DNA from: a virus
Lineage: Duplodnaviria > Caudoviricetes
DNA length: 64,000 nt
Reading direction: 5' to 3' (one strand)
Virus record (IMG/VR): IMGVR_UViG_3300032265_002598
Coordinates: 128,001 to 192,000 of that record
Shown piece by piece: positions 56,680-64,000 of this stretch. The translations under genes and the position numbers were made by a program. Numbering within the stretch: position 1 is the first letter of the stretch; each line of letters starts with the position of its first letter. Below the pieces are notes generated by a model that ran no database searches, was not told the origin of the DNA, and saw only the letters and a list, made by a program, of their open reading frames with translations.

Positions 56680-59370
56680 CTACTTGACTAAACTACTCAA
56701 CTGAATTCTAAATAGGTCAATATTCTCTTGGCTCATCTGCATGATCCAATCCTTACCATCATTATTATAATACGAGTGACGATCATCAAGCTGATTAATA
56801 GGATTCTTCTTAGCTCTTAGATCAGTAAGAGTTCCAGTAACTTGATGACTACCAAGAATATACTTTAGTATAGGATTCTTATCAAGTTCAGTTCTGACGC
56901 TCTCTCTAATCTTAGAGATTGCTGGAAGTTTAAAGTTTTCCTTAGACTCACCCTTAATAATCTTCAGATAAGTTTCGGCCTTATCAGAATTAGATCCAGT
57001 ATAAAGTGATCGACTAATCAAACTGGTCAAGACATTGTAGGCCAAACTAGCCTTACGAATATCCTTACTATCTACTGATCGGATATTGGCTTTGTCCATT
57101 AACTTTGAGATATGAGAGAAATAATCTGATTGAGAAAATCTTTCAATCCTAAAGTTACTGTCATGAACAGTATTAGCAAAGAATTCCATGAGCATAGTAG
57201 TGTCTATGCACTCAACTAGAGTCTTGCTACTAATAAACTTTTCATAATTCAACCCAAAAATATTCAGCATATGAAACATGAACTGCTTGTCCATAGTTCC
57301 GTGATTGTAATATCTATAATGGTTATTCTTATGTTCCTCACTTGCATATTCTTTCTTACAGAAGTCAACAAGATCATTGAAAGAAGCCAAACTTGAAAAA
57401 TGTTTCTGAGTAACAATCTTTAACTGACGCTTAAAGAACTCATTAAAACTGACAAGATTATACCCATCATTTTGAAGCTTTTTAACAAAAGCATTTTTGA
57501 TAGCATAAATCTTACTATCTCCCAGCAAATCCTTGACTATAAACTTCAAACTATCATCACCAAGAGTAGTGGTAATATCATTAATCTCAGGATGACCAGA
57601 TTCAGCCTCAGTCTTATATCGAAGCATAGGAACGTACACTATCTCGTCCTGCTCTAGAAAATCTTCCAGTTGTTCTTCTGAAAGAATTCTTAGACAAGTA
57701 GCATCATTATAAGGATTGGTAATCTGCTTACTATCTTTGTCATAACCATGAATAAAGAATACATCTTGATCGCTTACGCTACCATTAGAGTTTCTATTGT
57801 AAGACTTTCTTGGGCCAGAACTTTGAGTAAGATGTTTGTAGTCTGAAACCTTTAGCAGATTTTCAGCACCAACATCTTCAATCAGTTTATCAAAACCTTC
57901 TCCACTCTTGGTGTGGTCTTTAGTATCAAGCATCAAGTAGGCAAAACAATCATTACTATTGCAATACTTTGTGATGATCTTCTTGGCTGTTTCTTCTCCC
58001 TTAACGTCACAGATAAAGAAAGCCATCGTGCCTTTTTTCCTCTGGTTATTCCAATAATAGGAACCTTTACCAGTAAGAGTTTCATGATGAATCTTATCTG
58101 TCAGAGCAACTTGGCGACGAGAACGATAGCCAGCAGTCTTATAATTAAAAACGTACAGACTCTTGCCAGCCGGAATTTTATATTCCAAGTCATTTCCAGA
58201 ATTGATCGGATGATCTTTACCCTTGGGATCAGTCCAAGTGGCACCAACACCCCAGCCGCCAGCCAATTCATTCATAGTATAATATGAAGTAATTGCTTCT
58301 ACCTTGGTCTTGGATGCTTGAATTTTCTTGGAGAATTCTTCCTTCATCTCCATGTAAATTTCTTGGGTCTTTTTACGAAGAGCCTTAATTACATCCTTGG
58401 TATACTGCAAACCTTCGCGGCTAACGTCCATCTCAAGTTCACCGATACCAAAATCCAGTTCAAGATAAAGGCCAGAGTTAAGAATCTCTCCCACAAAACT
58501 CTTCCAAGAATCAATGTCTGCTTTCTGGAAAGCCCTATTCCACTTCTGAATATGGTCGGGCATTTCTTCCTTTTCTTGACCAACAATCTGTGCGGTTTGA
58601 ACAGGATACGCAATATTTCCCATGATAGCGATGATACCACTATCAATTCGATGATAATTGCTGGGAAAATAACTGTTATCATTATTGAGTCGGCAAACTC
58701 TCCAACCCTCACCACTAATAACGATATTGGTATTGCTATACTTATGATCCATAAGATTTCCACCAACACCACCCTCAATGATGGGTTTCATTCGGAAGTA
58801 GTGAAAAATTCTCTTAGCCTTATCGGTGAACTCTTGAAAGTCATGCTGCTTAACAGCAAAACTAATCTCAAGACCATTAGGCTCAGATGTTTCGGCAGTA
58901 TTAAAAAGATTCAGAGTAGGAACACCACTCTCATCAATTGCTGCAATATAGGTATATTTCTTACCATTGTAATATGATGCAGTGGTAAAGCTCTTGGTGT
59001 AGGCAAACGGACTCTTAGACCCTAGACCAAGACAACCAACAAAATCATTGCTATCGTTCTTATTGGAAGCACCATAAGTTGTATACAAGTCCTCCATATC
59101 GGCCTGACTAAGACCAGTACCATAATCTCTCACCATAAAGGTAGGATTAGCAGCGGTGGGCAGAGTAACCTTAAAGGGATTCTTATTACCGGCAGAGATA
59201 TGACTATCATAAGCATTAGTAGAAAGCTCACGAATTGCTGCCATTACCTTATCAGAATAAAGAGAGTCTGAAAGGATTTTAAACATCTTGCTAGTCTGAG
59301 CGATGTTAAACTGATTCCTGCTTGCAACACCAACGCTGTGAGTCTCAATCGTCCTATCTGCCAACTTCAT
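56680..59370 (-). CDS. rIIA: rIIA-like protein (N-terminal GHKL/Hsp90-type ATPase)
   Basis: LSDSLYSDK, IRELSTNAYD, VRDYGTGLS, GCLGLGSKSPF, SREGL. Confidence 0.9.
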   Translation of the reverse strand: MKLADRTIETHSVGVASRNQFNIAQTSKMFKILSDSLYSDKVMAAIRELSTNAYDSHISAGNKNPFKVTLPTAANPTFMVRDYGTGLSQADMEDLYTTYGASNKNDSNDFVGCLGLGSKSPFAYTKSFTTASYYNGKKYTYIAAIDESGVPTLNLFNTAETSEPNGLEISFAVKQHDFQEFTDKAKRIFHYFRMKPIIEGGVGGNLMDHKYSNTNIVISGEGWRVCRLNNDNSYFPSNYHRIDSGIIAIMGNIAYPVQTAQIVGQEKEEMPDHIQKWNRAFQKADIDSWKSFVGEILNSGLYLELDFGIGELEMDVSREGLQYTKDVIKALRKKTQEIYMEMKEEFSKKIQASKTKVEAITSYYTMNELAGGWGVGATWTDPKGKDHPINSGNDLEYKIPAGKSLYVFNYKTAGYRSRRQVALTDKIHHETLTGKGSYYWNNQRKKGTMAFFICDVKGEETAKKIITKYCNSNDCFAYLMLDTKDHTKSGEGFDKLIEDVGAENLLKVSDYKHLTQSSGPRKSYNRNSNGSVSDQDVFFIHGYDKDSKQITNPYNDATCLRILSEEQLEDFLEQDEIVYVPMLRYKTEAESGHPEINDITTTLGDDSLKFIVKDLLGDSKIYAIKNAFVKKLQNDGYNLVSFNEFFKRQLKIVTQKHFSSLASFNDLVDFCKKEYASEEHKNNHYRYYNHGTMDKQFMFHMLNIFGLNYEKFISSKTLVECIDTTMLMEFFANTVHDSNFRIERFSQSDYFSHISKLMDKANIRSVDSKDIRKASLAYNVLTSLISRSLYTGSNSDKAETYLKIIKGESKENFKLPAISKIRESVRTELDKNPILKYILGSHQVTGTLTDLRAKKNPINQLDDRHSYYNNDGKDWIMQMSQENIDLFRIQLSSLVK

Positions 59371-59410
59371 CTTTATTCTCCAAAAGTGTTATCGTTCCTG
59401 TGATAGCCCA

Positions 59411-59439
59411 AGTATACCATCGGCATACTGTCTTGTCAA
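59411..59439 (-). promoter_or_regulatory. near-consensus sigma70 promoter for rIIA
   Basis: TTGACA-17 nt-TATACT. Confidence 0.8.
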
Positions 59440-59687
59440 GCATCACTTTTCTTTTGTGTGCTATCCGATATGATCTTTAATCCTATTGCTATATCAATTA
59501 ATCCCAAAGCTCTTAAAAAGGGTATAGGTAAAAAACAAACCCACCCACCAACAAAAATACAAACTATTGCCATTATCCATTTGATCAAATTTGGCATCCA
59601 AGAGAATAATGATAGAAGATAACTAATTGGGCCTATTATTAGCACAGATAAAAAAATTATTGTTACTAGTAGAGCTAAACTAGCCAT
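59436..59687 (-). CDS. three-TM membrane protein
   Basis: Almost entirely hydrophobic 83-aa ORF. Confidence 0.75.
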   Translation of the reverse strand: MASLALLVTIIFLSVLIIGPISYLLSLFSWMPNLIKWIMAIVCIFVGGWVCFLPIPFLRALGLIDIAIGLKIISDSTQKKSDA

Positions 59688-60004
59688 TAGTATTGATCTT
59701 CTTCATCATCATTCTCTTCTACCTGATAATCTTCTTGTTGATCATAAGGAGTCCAATCTTCATGATCCTCTTCCTCTTCTTCATCAATATCTAAATCGTC
59801 TTGTTCTGTGAGAAGCATGGTAAATGTATTCAAGAGATCTATAGTTTGATCAAGCTTATTCTCTATTGTCTTAATTTTATTCTCAATATTCTTGATGCCT
59901 TTTTTAAGTTCGCTAATGTCTTTAGAGATATGAGCATCCATATTATGAATCTCCTTATTACTTTTCATTACCTCTTTGATAACATCATCAATATTTTTAG
60001 ACAT
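59687..60004 (-). CDS. coiled-coil protein with acidic tail
   Basis: Heptad pattern then D/E-rich C-terminus. Confidence 0.72.
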   Translation of the reverse strand: MSKNIDDVIKEVMKSNKEIHNMDAHISKDISELKKGIKNIENKIKTIENKLDQTIDLLNTFTMLLTEQDDLDIDEEEEEDHEDWTPYDQQEDYQVEENDDEEDQY

Positions 60005-60014
60005 TTTGGCCTCT

Positions 60015-60371
60015 TTATTTTAGGCGTTTGTATTCTTTAATATCACCATTCTCCAGAATCTTATTGTGTTCATAGGGTTCAGCTACTCTACGATAAAATT
60101 CTTGCTTAATATTCTCTAATACACCAGTAATCATAGCAATTTTGGAGTAAGAAGTAGTACCCATCATATCTCCTAAAACTCTAGAAAAACAGTAATTAAT
60201 GTCTCCAAGAACTGTTGTTAGTTCTTCATTAGATAAAGCTCTACCTTTAGTCATATGAGCATTAACAAAATATTGACCATTTTCTTTAATAGAATTGATC
60301 AAGTTTTCTATAGCATCATCTAAATTTTTTCTGTTTTTTTCACTAATATATGGCATTTTAAATTCCTTCAC
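60015..60371 (-). CDS. hypothetical protein
   Basis: MPYI...GDINY...KQEFYRRVAEPYE..K...NGD pattern, recurrent in phages by recollection. Confidence 0.75.
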   Translation of the reverse strand: MKEFKMPYISEKNRKNLDDAIENLINSIKENGQYFVNAHMTKGRALSNEELTTVLGDINYCFSRVLGDMMGTTSYSKIAMITGVLENIKQEFYRRVAEPYEHNKILENGDIKEYKRLK

Positions 60372-60882
60372 ATTTACATTTGTATTTCAAACAATAGGAA
60401 CATTTGGGGCCGGGATCGGTATTTCCAAAATAATTAGAATGTCCTTCCCAAGTTTCTTTACCAGTATCAATACATACTAATTTATTTTTACCATCTACTC
60501 TAATATAACCAATATTTTCCCAATGACAATCCCAAAATTTAAGTTTGGTTTTTATGTAAATTGTATCAACTAATTTTTGTATTCTAATTAATGGTATAGA
60601 ATTTTTATCTAGTGTTTTAGCTATCTCTGTGATATATCCCCAACCACTTCTTTGGCCGGGGAACAATGTATCATATTTCATCTTACATAATTTAGAATAT
60701 ACTTTTGGTGCAAGATTATGCCTGCTTAATTTAAGCTGAACTTTCCTAGCGTATTCAGCCCTAGATTTAGAGATAAATTCCTTAAAGGCTAAGTTCTTAT
60801 GATTGAGGATACAATAAAATGTACAATATCCTCCTTGATCACTATATGAGTGTAGATCAATCTTATATTTGGTGTTTATCAT
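60358..60882 (-). CDS. protein-kinase-like fold protein
   Basis: AFKEF Lys, APKVY, YITE hinge, DCHWEN catalytic loop, CIDTG (DFG equivalent). Confidence 0.65.
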   Translation of the reverse strand: MINTKYKIDLHSYSDQGGYCTFYCILNHKNLAFKEFISKSRAEYARKVQLKLSRHNLAPKVYSKLCKMKYDTLFPGQRSGWGYITEIAKTLDKNSIPLIRIQKLVDTIYIKTKLKFWDCHWENIGYIRVDGKNKLVCIDTGKETWEGHSNYFGNTDPGPKCSYCLKYKCKCEGI

Positions 60883-60883
60883 C

Positions 60884-61210
60884 TCAATAAGAAACAACCT
60901 GCACTTCTTCACCAGTTAAATAATATAGAAAATTAAGAGCTTTATCTAGATCATAAAACTCTCCAAGAAACATTGGGTCAGACATTACATCATCCATATA
61001 TCTCTTGCCATAAATTTGATAGAAAGGCTCATCACATGATTCATTTTCAGTTGCTAAAAATTGAGCAGCAGTGTTGATCTCATCAATGTATGTGCCTCCG
61101 TCACAATCATTACATTCTCTTACTGTAACAAGAACAAAAGTATCTATCGGAGACTTAGGATTATGATTCTTAACAGTCGCTCTACACAATCTATTTCCTT
61201 TGGGTCTCAT
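60884..61210 (-). CDS. hypothetical protein
   Basis: 108-aa ORF in operon. Confidence 0.7.
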   Translation of the reverse strand: MRPKGNRLCRATVKNHNPKSPIDTFVLVTVRECNDCDGGTYIDEINTAAQFLATENESCDEPFYQIYGKRYMDDVMSDPMFLGEFYDLDKALNFLYYLTGEEVQVVSY

Positions 61211-61212
61211 TT

Positions 61213-61449
61213 TTACTTCCTGTATAGTGGAACCACAGAACTTTGATCAACATGAATATTATTACACAAACGAGGATCAAACAAATCCCCACGCTTATTT
61301 ATTCTAGCCCAAGCAACGGGATTAGCAAGATTGTTTTCTTGAAGTTTTTTAAGTTCGTCTTTAGCATTATTTACTACAAAACGATCAGCACCACTTGCCC
61401 AAGCAAACTCAATTAGATATTCAATAGGATTAGAATTTTGTTTCATCAA
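61213..61449 (-). CDS. hypothetical protein
   Basis: 78-aa coupled ORF. Confidence 0.7.
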   Translation of the reverse strand: MMKQNSNPIEYLIEFAWASGADRFVVNNAKDELKKLQENNLANPVAWARINKRGDLFDPRLCNNIHVDQSSVVPLYRK

Positions 61450-61655
61450 GAATTTTCCTTTATAATAACTTCAGCACCAACAAACTCAGACTTATAATAG
61501 CCTGTTAAACTATCTTTCTGATAAACATCATGAACCATAAACTTAATATCCAAACCGTTGGGAGCTTCCATAATCTCACTATCAATATATCTCTCAATGG
61601 CTTTTTCAATATCATCAGGAGTTAAAGTAATATGTGTTCTGTTGTGGATTTTCAT
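61446..61655 (-). CDS. hypothetical protein
   Basis: Start moved to MKIHN at 61655 (RBS AAGGA) to avoid overlapping the tRNA. Confidence 0.65.
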   Translation of the reverse strand: MKIHNRTHITLTPDDIEKAIERYIDSEIMEAPNGLDIKFMVHDVYQKDSLTGYYKSEFVGAEVIIKENS

Positions 61656-61675
61656 TAATAGTTCCTTTAAATTAG

Positions 61676-61950
61676 TAGGAGCGGTGAGAATCGAACTCAC
61701 ACTGGATGGATTTTCTTACCACTATAGTTTTCACTACCATTTCTGTTTGTGGTCTGGACTTTATCTTAACCATAACTTTCGTTTTAGGTTCCTGCCGTTA
61801 AGTCTCTACACCTTCTTAATATTTCTATTAAGCTTGGCTCGGTATTAGCAGTTAAGCCTTCACCGAATTTGACAAGTTCTACATTAAAGATTTCTCTCTA
61901 AGCACTCAAATTGTATAAGTCCACTGTCTCTGCCGTTGGACTACGCTCCC
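61676..61950 (-). tRNA. trnL: tRNA-Leu(UAA) interrupted by a group I intron; no encoded CCA
   Basis: Exon1 GGGAGCGTAGTCCAACGGCAGAGACAGTGGACTT (61950-61917) + exon2 AAAATCCATCCAGTGTGAGTTCGATTCTCACCGCTCCTA (61714-61676) gives a cloverleaf with CU-UAA-AA loop. Confidence 0.92.
61715..61916 (-). ncRNA. 202-nt group I self-splicing intron without ORF
   Basis: Inserted after U34, ends in G; GAGU can pair with exon ACUU (P1); R-like GTAGAGACTTAACGG and S-like AAGATAAAGTCC elements as in cyanobacterial trnL(UAA) introns. Confidence 0.9.
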
Positions 61951-61954
61951 ATTT

Positions 61955-62038
61955 ACTTCCAAGCTACATATCATAACGATTGGTTAGATTTTGTCTAGGT
62001 TGTCTCTACCAATATTTATGAGGGATGTAGCTGGAAGT
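61955..62038 (-). ncRNA. 84-nt long imperfect hairpin upstream of tRNA-Leu
   Basis: ACTTCC/GGAAGT, AGCTACAT/ATGTAGCT, TCATAA/TTATGA, ATTGGT/ACCAAT nested pairings. Confidence 0.55.
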
Positions 62039-62050
62039 TTTGGGTTAATA

Positions 62051-62335
62051 TCAACCGTTAGAATGAGCGGCCTTTAGGCGGCGAACAGTCTCAGCCATAG
62101 CCTCGACATTATCCACAGTCTTAATGGGCTTTGCTCGTTCCATAGCGGGAAGTTCAATCCCCTTAACAGTCAGAGCGGCCTTTGTACGAGCATAACGAGC
62201 CATCGTACTAGCAACCTTCTGACCCGTCTTTGACGCAATCTCAGCATAAGTCTTACTGGAAAAAACTGCCTCAAGGAACTGGTCATCACTGCAACGAACA
62301 CGACTCTGCTTCTCAGTAGTAGTAACTTCAGCCAT
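62051..62335 (-). CDS. small basic HTH-like early protein
   Basis: MAEVTTTEK start with GGAGG RBS; SKTYAEIASKTGQKVASTMARY; GC-richer codons. Confidence 0.75.
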   Translation of the reverse strand: MAEVTTTEKQSRVRCSDDQFLEAVFSSKTYAEIASKTGQKVASTMARYARTKAALTVKGIELPAMERAKPIKTVDNVEAMAETVRRLKAAHSNG

Positions 62336-62395
62336 AATAAAATCCTCCAAATTATTAACCAATCTTACAAACGAGGCTCAGTCGAACGACTGATC

Positions 62396-63013
62396 TTACC
62401 TCGCGTTGTTCCTTCGATTATACAGTATGGTATCGTCAATGTCAATAGGCGAACTTGAAATTTTTTTCGTTCTCGCCAGAAATTGTTGTTGAACGTCTTT
62501 AAAACTCCAAGGAGTACCAAACTCTACCCCATCTCTTTTATTATCGACTCCTACATCAAGCGTGAGACTGCCAGAAATAACGTCCTCACGATGAAGTCTG
62601 CCATGAACATGACCATAGAGCATCCAGCTTTTCCTATAACTACCTGACCAACTTCTCATAGGATAATGACACATAAATATTTTTTGATTGATATACAGAA
62701 TCATTTTCTGATCAGAGACACTAGAAAATCCACTAGTGAATTTAGTTGGCTCATCATGATTACCAAGAATAACGTGAACATTTTCACAAGCTATTCTTTC
62801 TCTATAAGATAGAGCAGTGCCGCCTTTATGGCAGAAATCTCCTAGAACGTAAAGAATGTCATTTTTTCCAACTGTTTCGTTTATGGAAGAAATAATCTTT
62901 TCGTCCATTTCTTCACCAGTAGTGAACGGACGATTACAATATCCTATAATATTTCGATGTCCAAGATGAAGATCAGCAGTAAAAAATACTTTCTGACCGA
63001 CTATCTTATCCAT
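62396..63013 (-). CDS. calcineurin-like metallophosphoesterase
   Basis: ADLHLGH, LGDF, GNHD, MCHYP, YGHVHG, DVGVD. Confidence 0.92.
   Translation of the reverse strand: MDKIVGQKVFFTADLHLGHRNIIGYCNRPFTTGEEMDEKIISSINETVGKNDILYVLGDFCHKGGTALSYRERIACENVHVILGNHDEPTKFTSGFSSVSDQKMILYINQKIFMCHYPMRSWSGSYRKSWMLYGHVHGRLHREDVISGSLTLDVGVDNKRDGVEFGTPWSFKDVQQQFLARTKKISSSPIDIDDTILYNRRNNAR
62417..62445 (-). promoter_or_regulatory. consensus sigma70 promoter
   Basis: TTGACA-17 nt-TATAAT. Confidence 0.8.
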
Positions 63014-63017
63014 TATA

Positions 63018-63203
63018 TCAATCCTCTGTAGGCAACACTAAAGCAAAAAGTAAATAAACCCAAAACAAAATACTTCCAGTAAAAATTGCTCCAAGACAAA
63101 AACCTATTCTTAATAGAGCGGCATCTACTCCTAGATTTTCTGCTAGTCCTCCACAAACGCCGAATAAAACTCTGTTCTTATTACTCTTGTGAAGTTGGCT
63201 CAT
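63018..63203 (-). CDS. pspC: PspC-domain membrane protein
   Basis: LHKS.KNRVLFGVCGGLAENLGVD..LLRI...YLLFALVLP. Confidence 0.9.
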   Translation of the reverse strand: MSQLHKSNKNRVLFGVCGGLAENLGVDAALLRIGFCLGAIFTGSILFWVYLLFALVLPTED

Positions 63204-63295
63204 GGGTAGACCCTTTAATTATTTGTTGAATTTGATATTCATTATAGCCAGAGAGTAACATAGCTTGGTTAAATCCCATTACGGGAATCAATTCA

Positions 63296-63598
63296 TTAAT
63301 CATGTTTTTCCTTTGTTGAGAATAAGGTAACTTTGATTATTATATAGCCATCTCGCCCACTGTCAATGTTTTGTATCGCTGAGATTTTACCTTTACCCAA
63401 AAAAGAATCGCCCACTAATAAAAATGGGCCACCATCTAAGTTAGCAGAAGTTATTATTGATATATCTGATTGACAACCAAATCTAGCCCAATCGCTTTCT
63501 CCCTCAATCAAATATTCATTCTCACCAATTTGTGTTATTACTCTTTTATTTTTAGACCGTAAACACTGGCTCATTAAAAGCCTCACTATCAAGAACAT
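63296..63598 (-). CDS. hypothetical protein
   Basis: 100-aa ORF; true start may be MSQCLRS. Confidence 0.65.
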   Translation of the reverse strand: MFLIVRLLMSQCLRSKNKRVITQIGENEYLIEGESDWARFGCQSDISIITSANLDGGPFLLVGDSFLGKGKISAIQNIDSGRDGYIIIKVTLFSTKEKHD

Positions 63599-63767
63599 AA
63601 CCTTCGTTATTTTCTGACGTTAGATTATTAAGAACGTCTTTTAGATTGTTGTTTTCTCTTTCTAGAGTGGTAATAATTTTCTCAGCTTGATTTAAAGCTT
63701 TTTGTAACATCTTCACTCTATCAGCTAATTGATCATTCATATATTCTACTGCTGTTCTGACGACCAT
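63552..63767 (-). CDS. small coiled-coil protein
   Basis: 71-aa ORF with RBS GGAGG. Confidence 0.7.
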   Translation of the reverse strand: MVVRTAVEYMNDQLADRVKMLQKALNQAEKIITTLERENNNLKDVLNNLTSENNEGYVLDSEAFNEPVFTV

Positions 63768-63812
63768 AATTAGCCTCCCTGTTATAAGTTAGGAAACCTT
63801 ATAATATACACC

Positions 63813-63998
63813 TTAAAGGCTAAGTCCACTCAGGAATTTTTGTAAATCTTTTAATTGCTTTTTGTCTAGCACCATCTGATCAGAATAGGGTTTTTTATAT
63901 ACCAAAACCTGAAAACAATATCGTAGTCTCTGCCATAATGACATCTTATTACTATAATTTGTATAATGTTCAAATATTGCAAGATCAGCGATATCTAT
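63813..63998 (-). CDS. hypothetical protein, 5' end outside the window
   Basis: Hand translation ...MSLWQRLRYCFQVLVYKKPYSDQMVLDKKQLKDLQKFLSGLSL*. Confidence 0.7.
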   Translation of the reverse strand: MDIADLAIFEHYTNYSNKMSLWQRLRYCFQVLVYKKPYSDQMVLDKKQLKDLQKFLSGLSL

Positions 63999-64000
63999 TT

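Noticed and set aside
26469-58778. Nested minus-strand ORFs (26469..26660, 40023..40382, 51128..51325, 56034..56234, 58389..58778)
   Set aside because: Alternate-frame by-products inside longer genes, with no independent support
1596-61848. All plus-strand ORFs in the track (e.g. 1596..1997, 7954..8457, 55285..56037, 58318..58977)
   Set aside because: They are antisense shadows of well-supported minus-strand genes, with no motifs or RBS
61656-61848. Coding sequence over the tRNA/intron (5' extension of 61446..61700; plus ORF 61558..61848)
   Set aside because: Overlaps a well-supported tRNA and intron; the intron holds no homing endonuclease ORF
1-64000. CRISPR array, IS element, integrase or diversity-generating retroelement
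   Set aside because: No regularly spaced direct repeats, transposase, integrase or reverse transcriptase motifs seen; the Cas4-like gene has no cas neighbours

Overview
A 64-kb slice of a large AT-rich dsDNA bacteriophage genome; essentially every real gene is on the minus strand. Order from left: replication/recombination block (GT4 glycosyltransferase, SSB, DNA polymerase III alpha split into two genes around a DnaQ-like exonuclease, Cas4-like nuclease, dNMP kinase, DnaG-type primase, DnaB, RecA); PhoH and class II ribonucleotide reductase; a glycosylation island; large repetitive probable virion proteins; a papain-protease/membrane-protein block; ClpP-like, sigma factor, ferritin-like, GuaC, tandem SET proteins, macrodomain, S8 and S1 proteases, actin-like ATPase, RuvB; and an early region (RepB-type primase, rIIA/rIIB, kinase-like protein, intron-containing tRNA-Leu(UAA), PspC). 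Most unusual observations: (1) the dnaE-N frame is broken by a precise 10-nt insert (TAGGTGGGCT) inside the PHP motif HVHS|MYSLLDG, suggesting translational bypassing or another recoding event; (2) an 82-nt tRNA-like RNA after rIIB that resembles a stand-alone tmRNA tRNA-like domain (G3.U70 pair, no D-stem, no tag ORF); (3) a group I intron in a short-variable-arm tRNA-Leu(UAA). All product calls are by motif recognition by eye; no database searches or folding programs were run.
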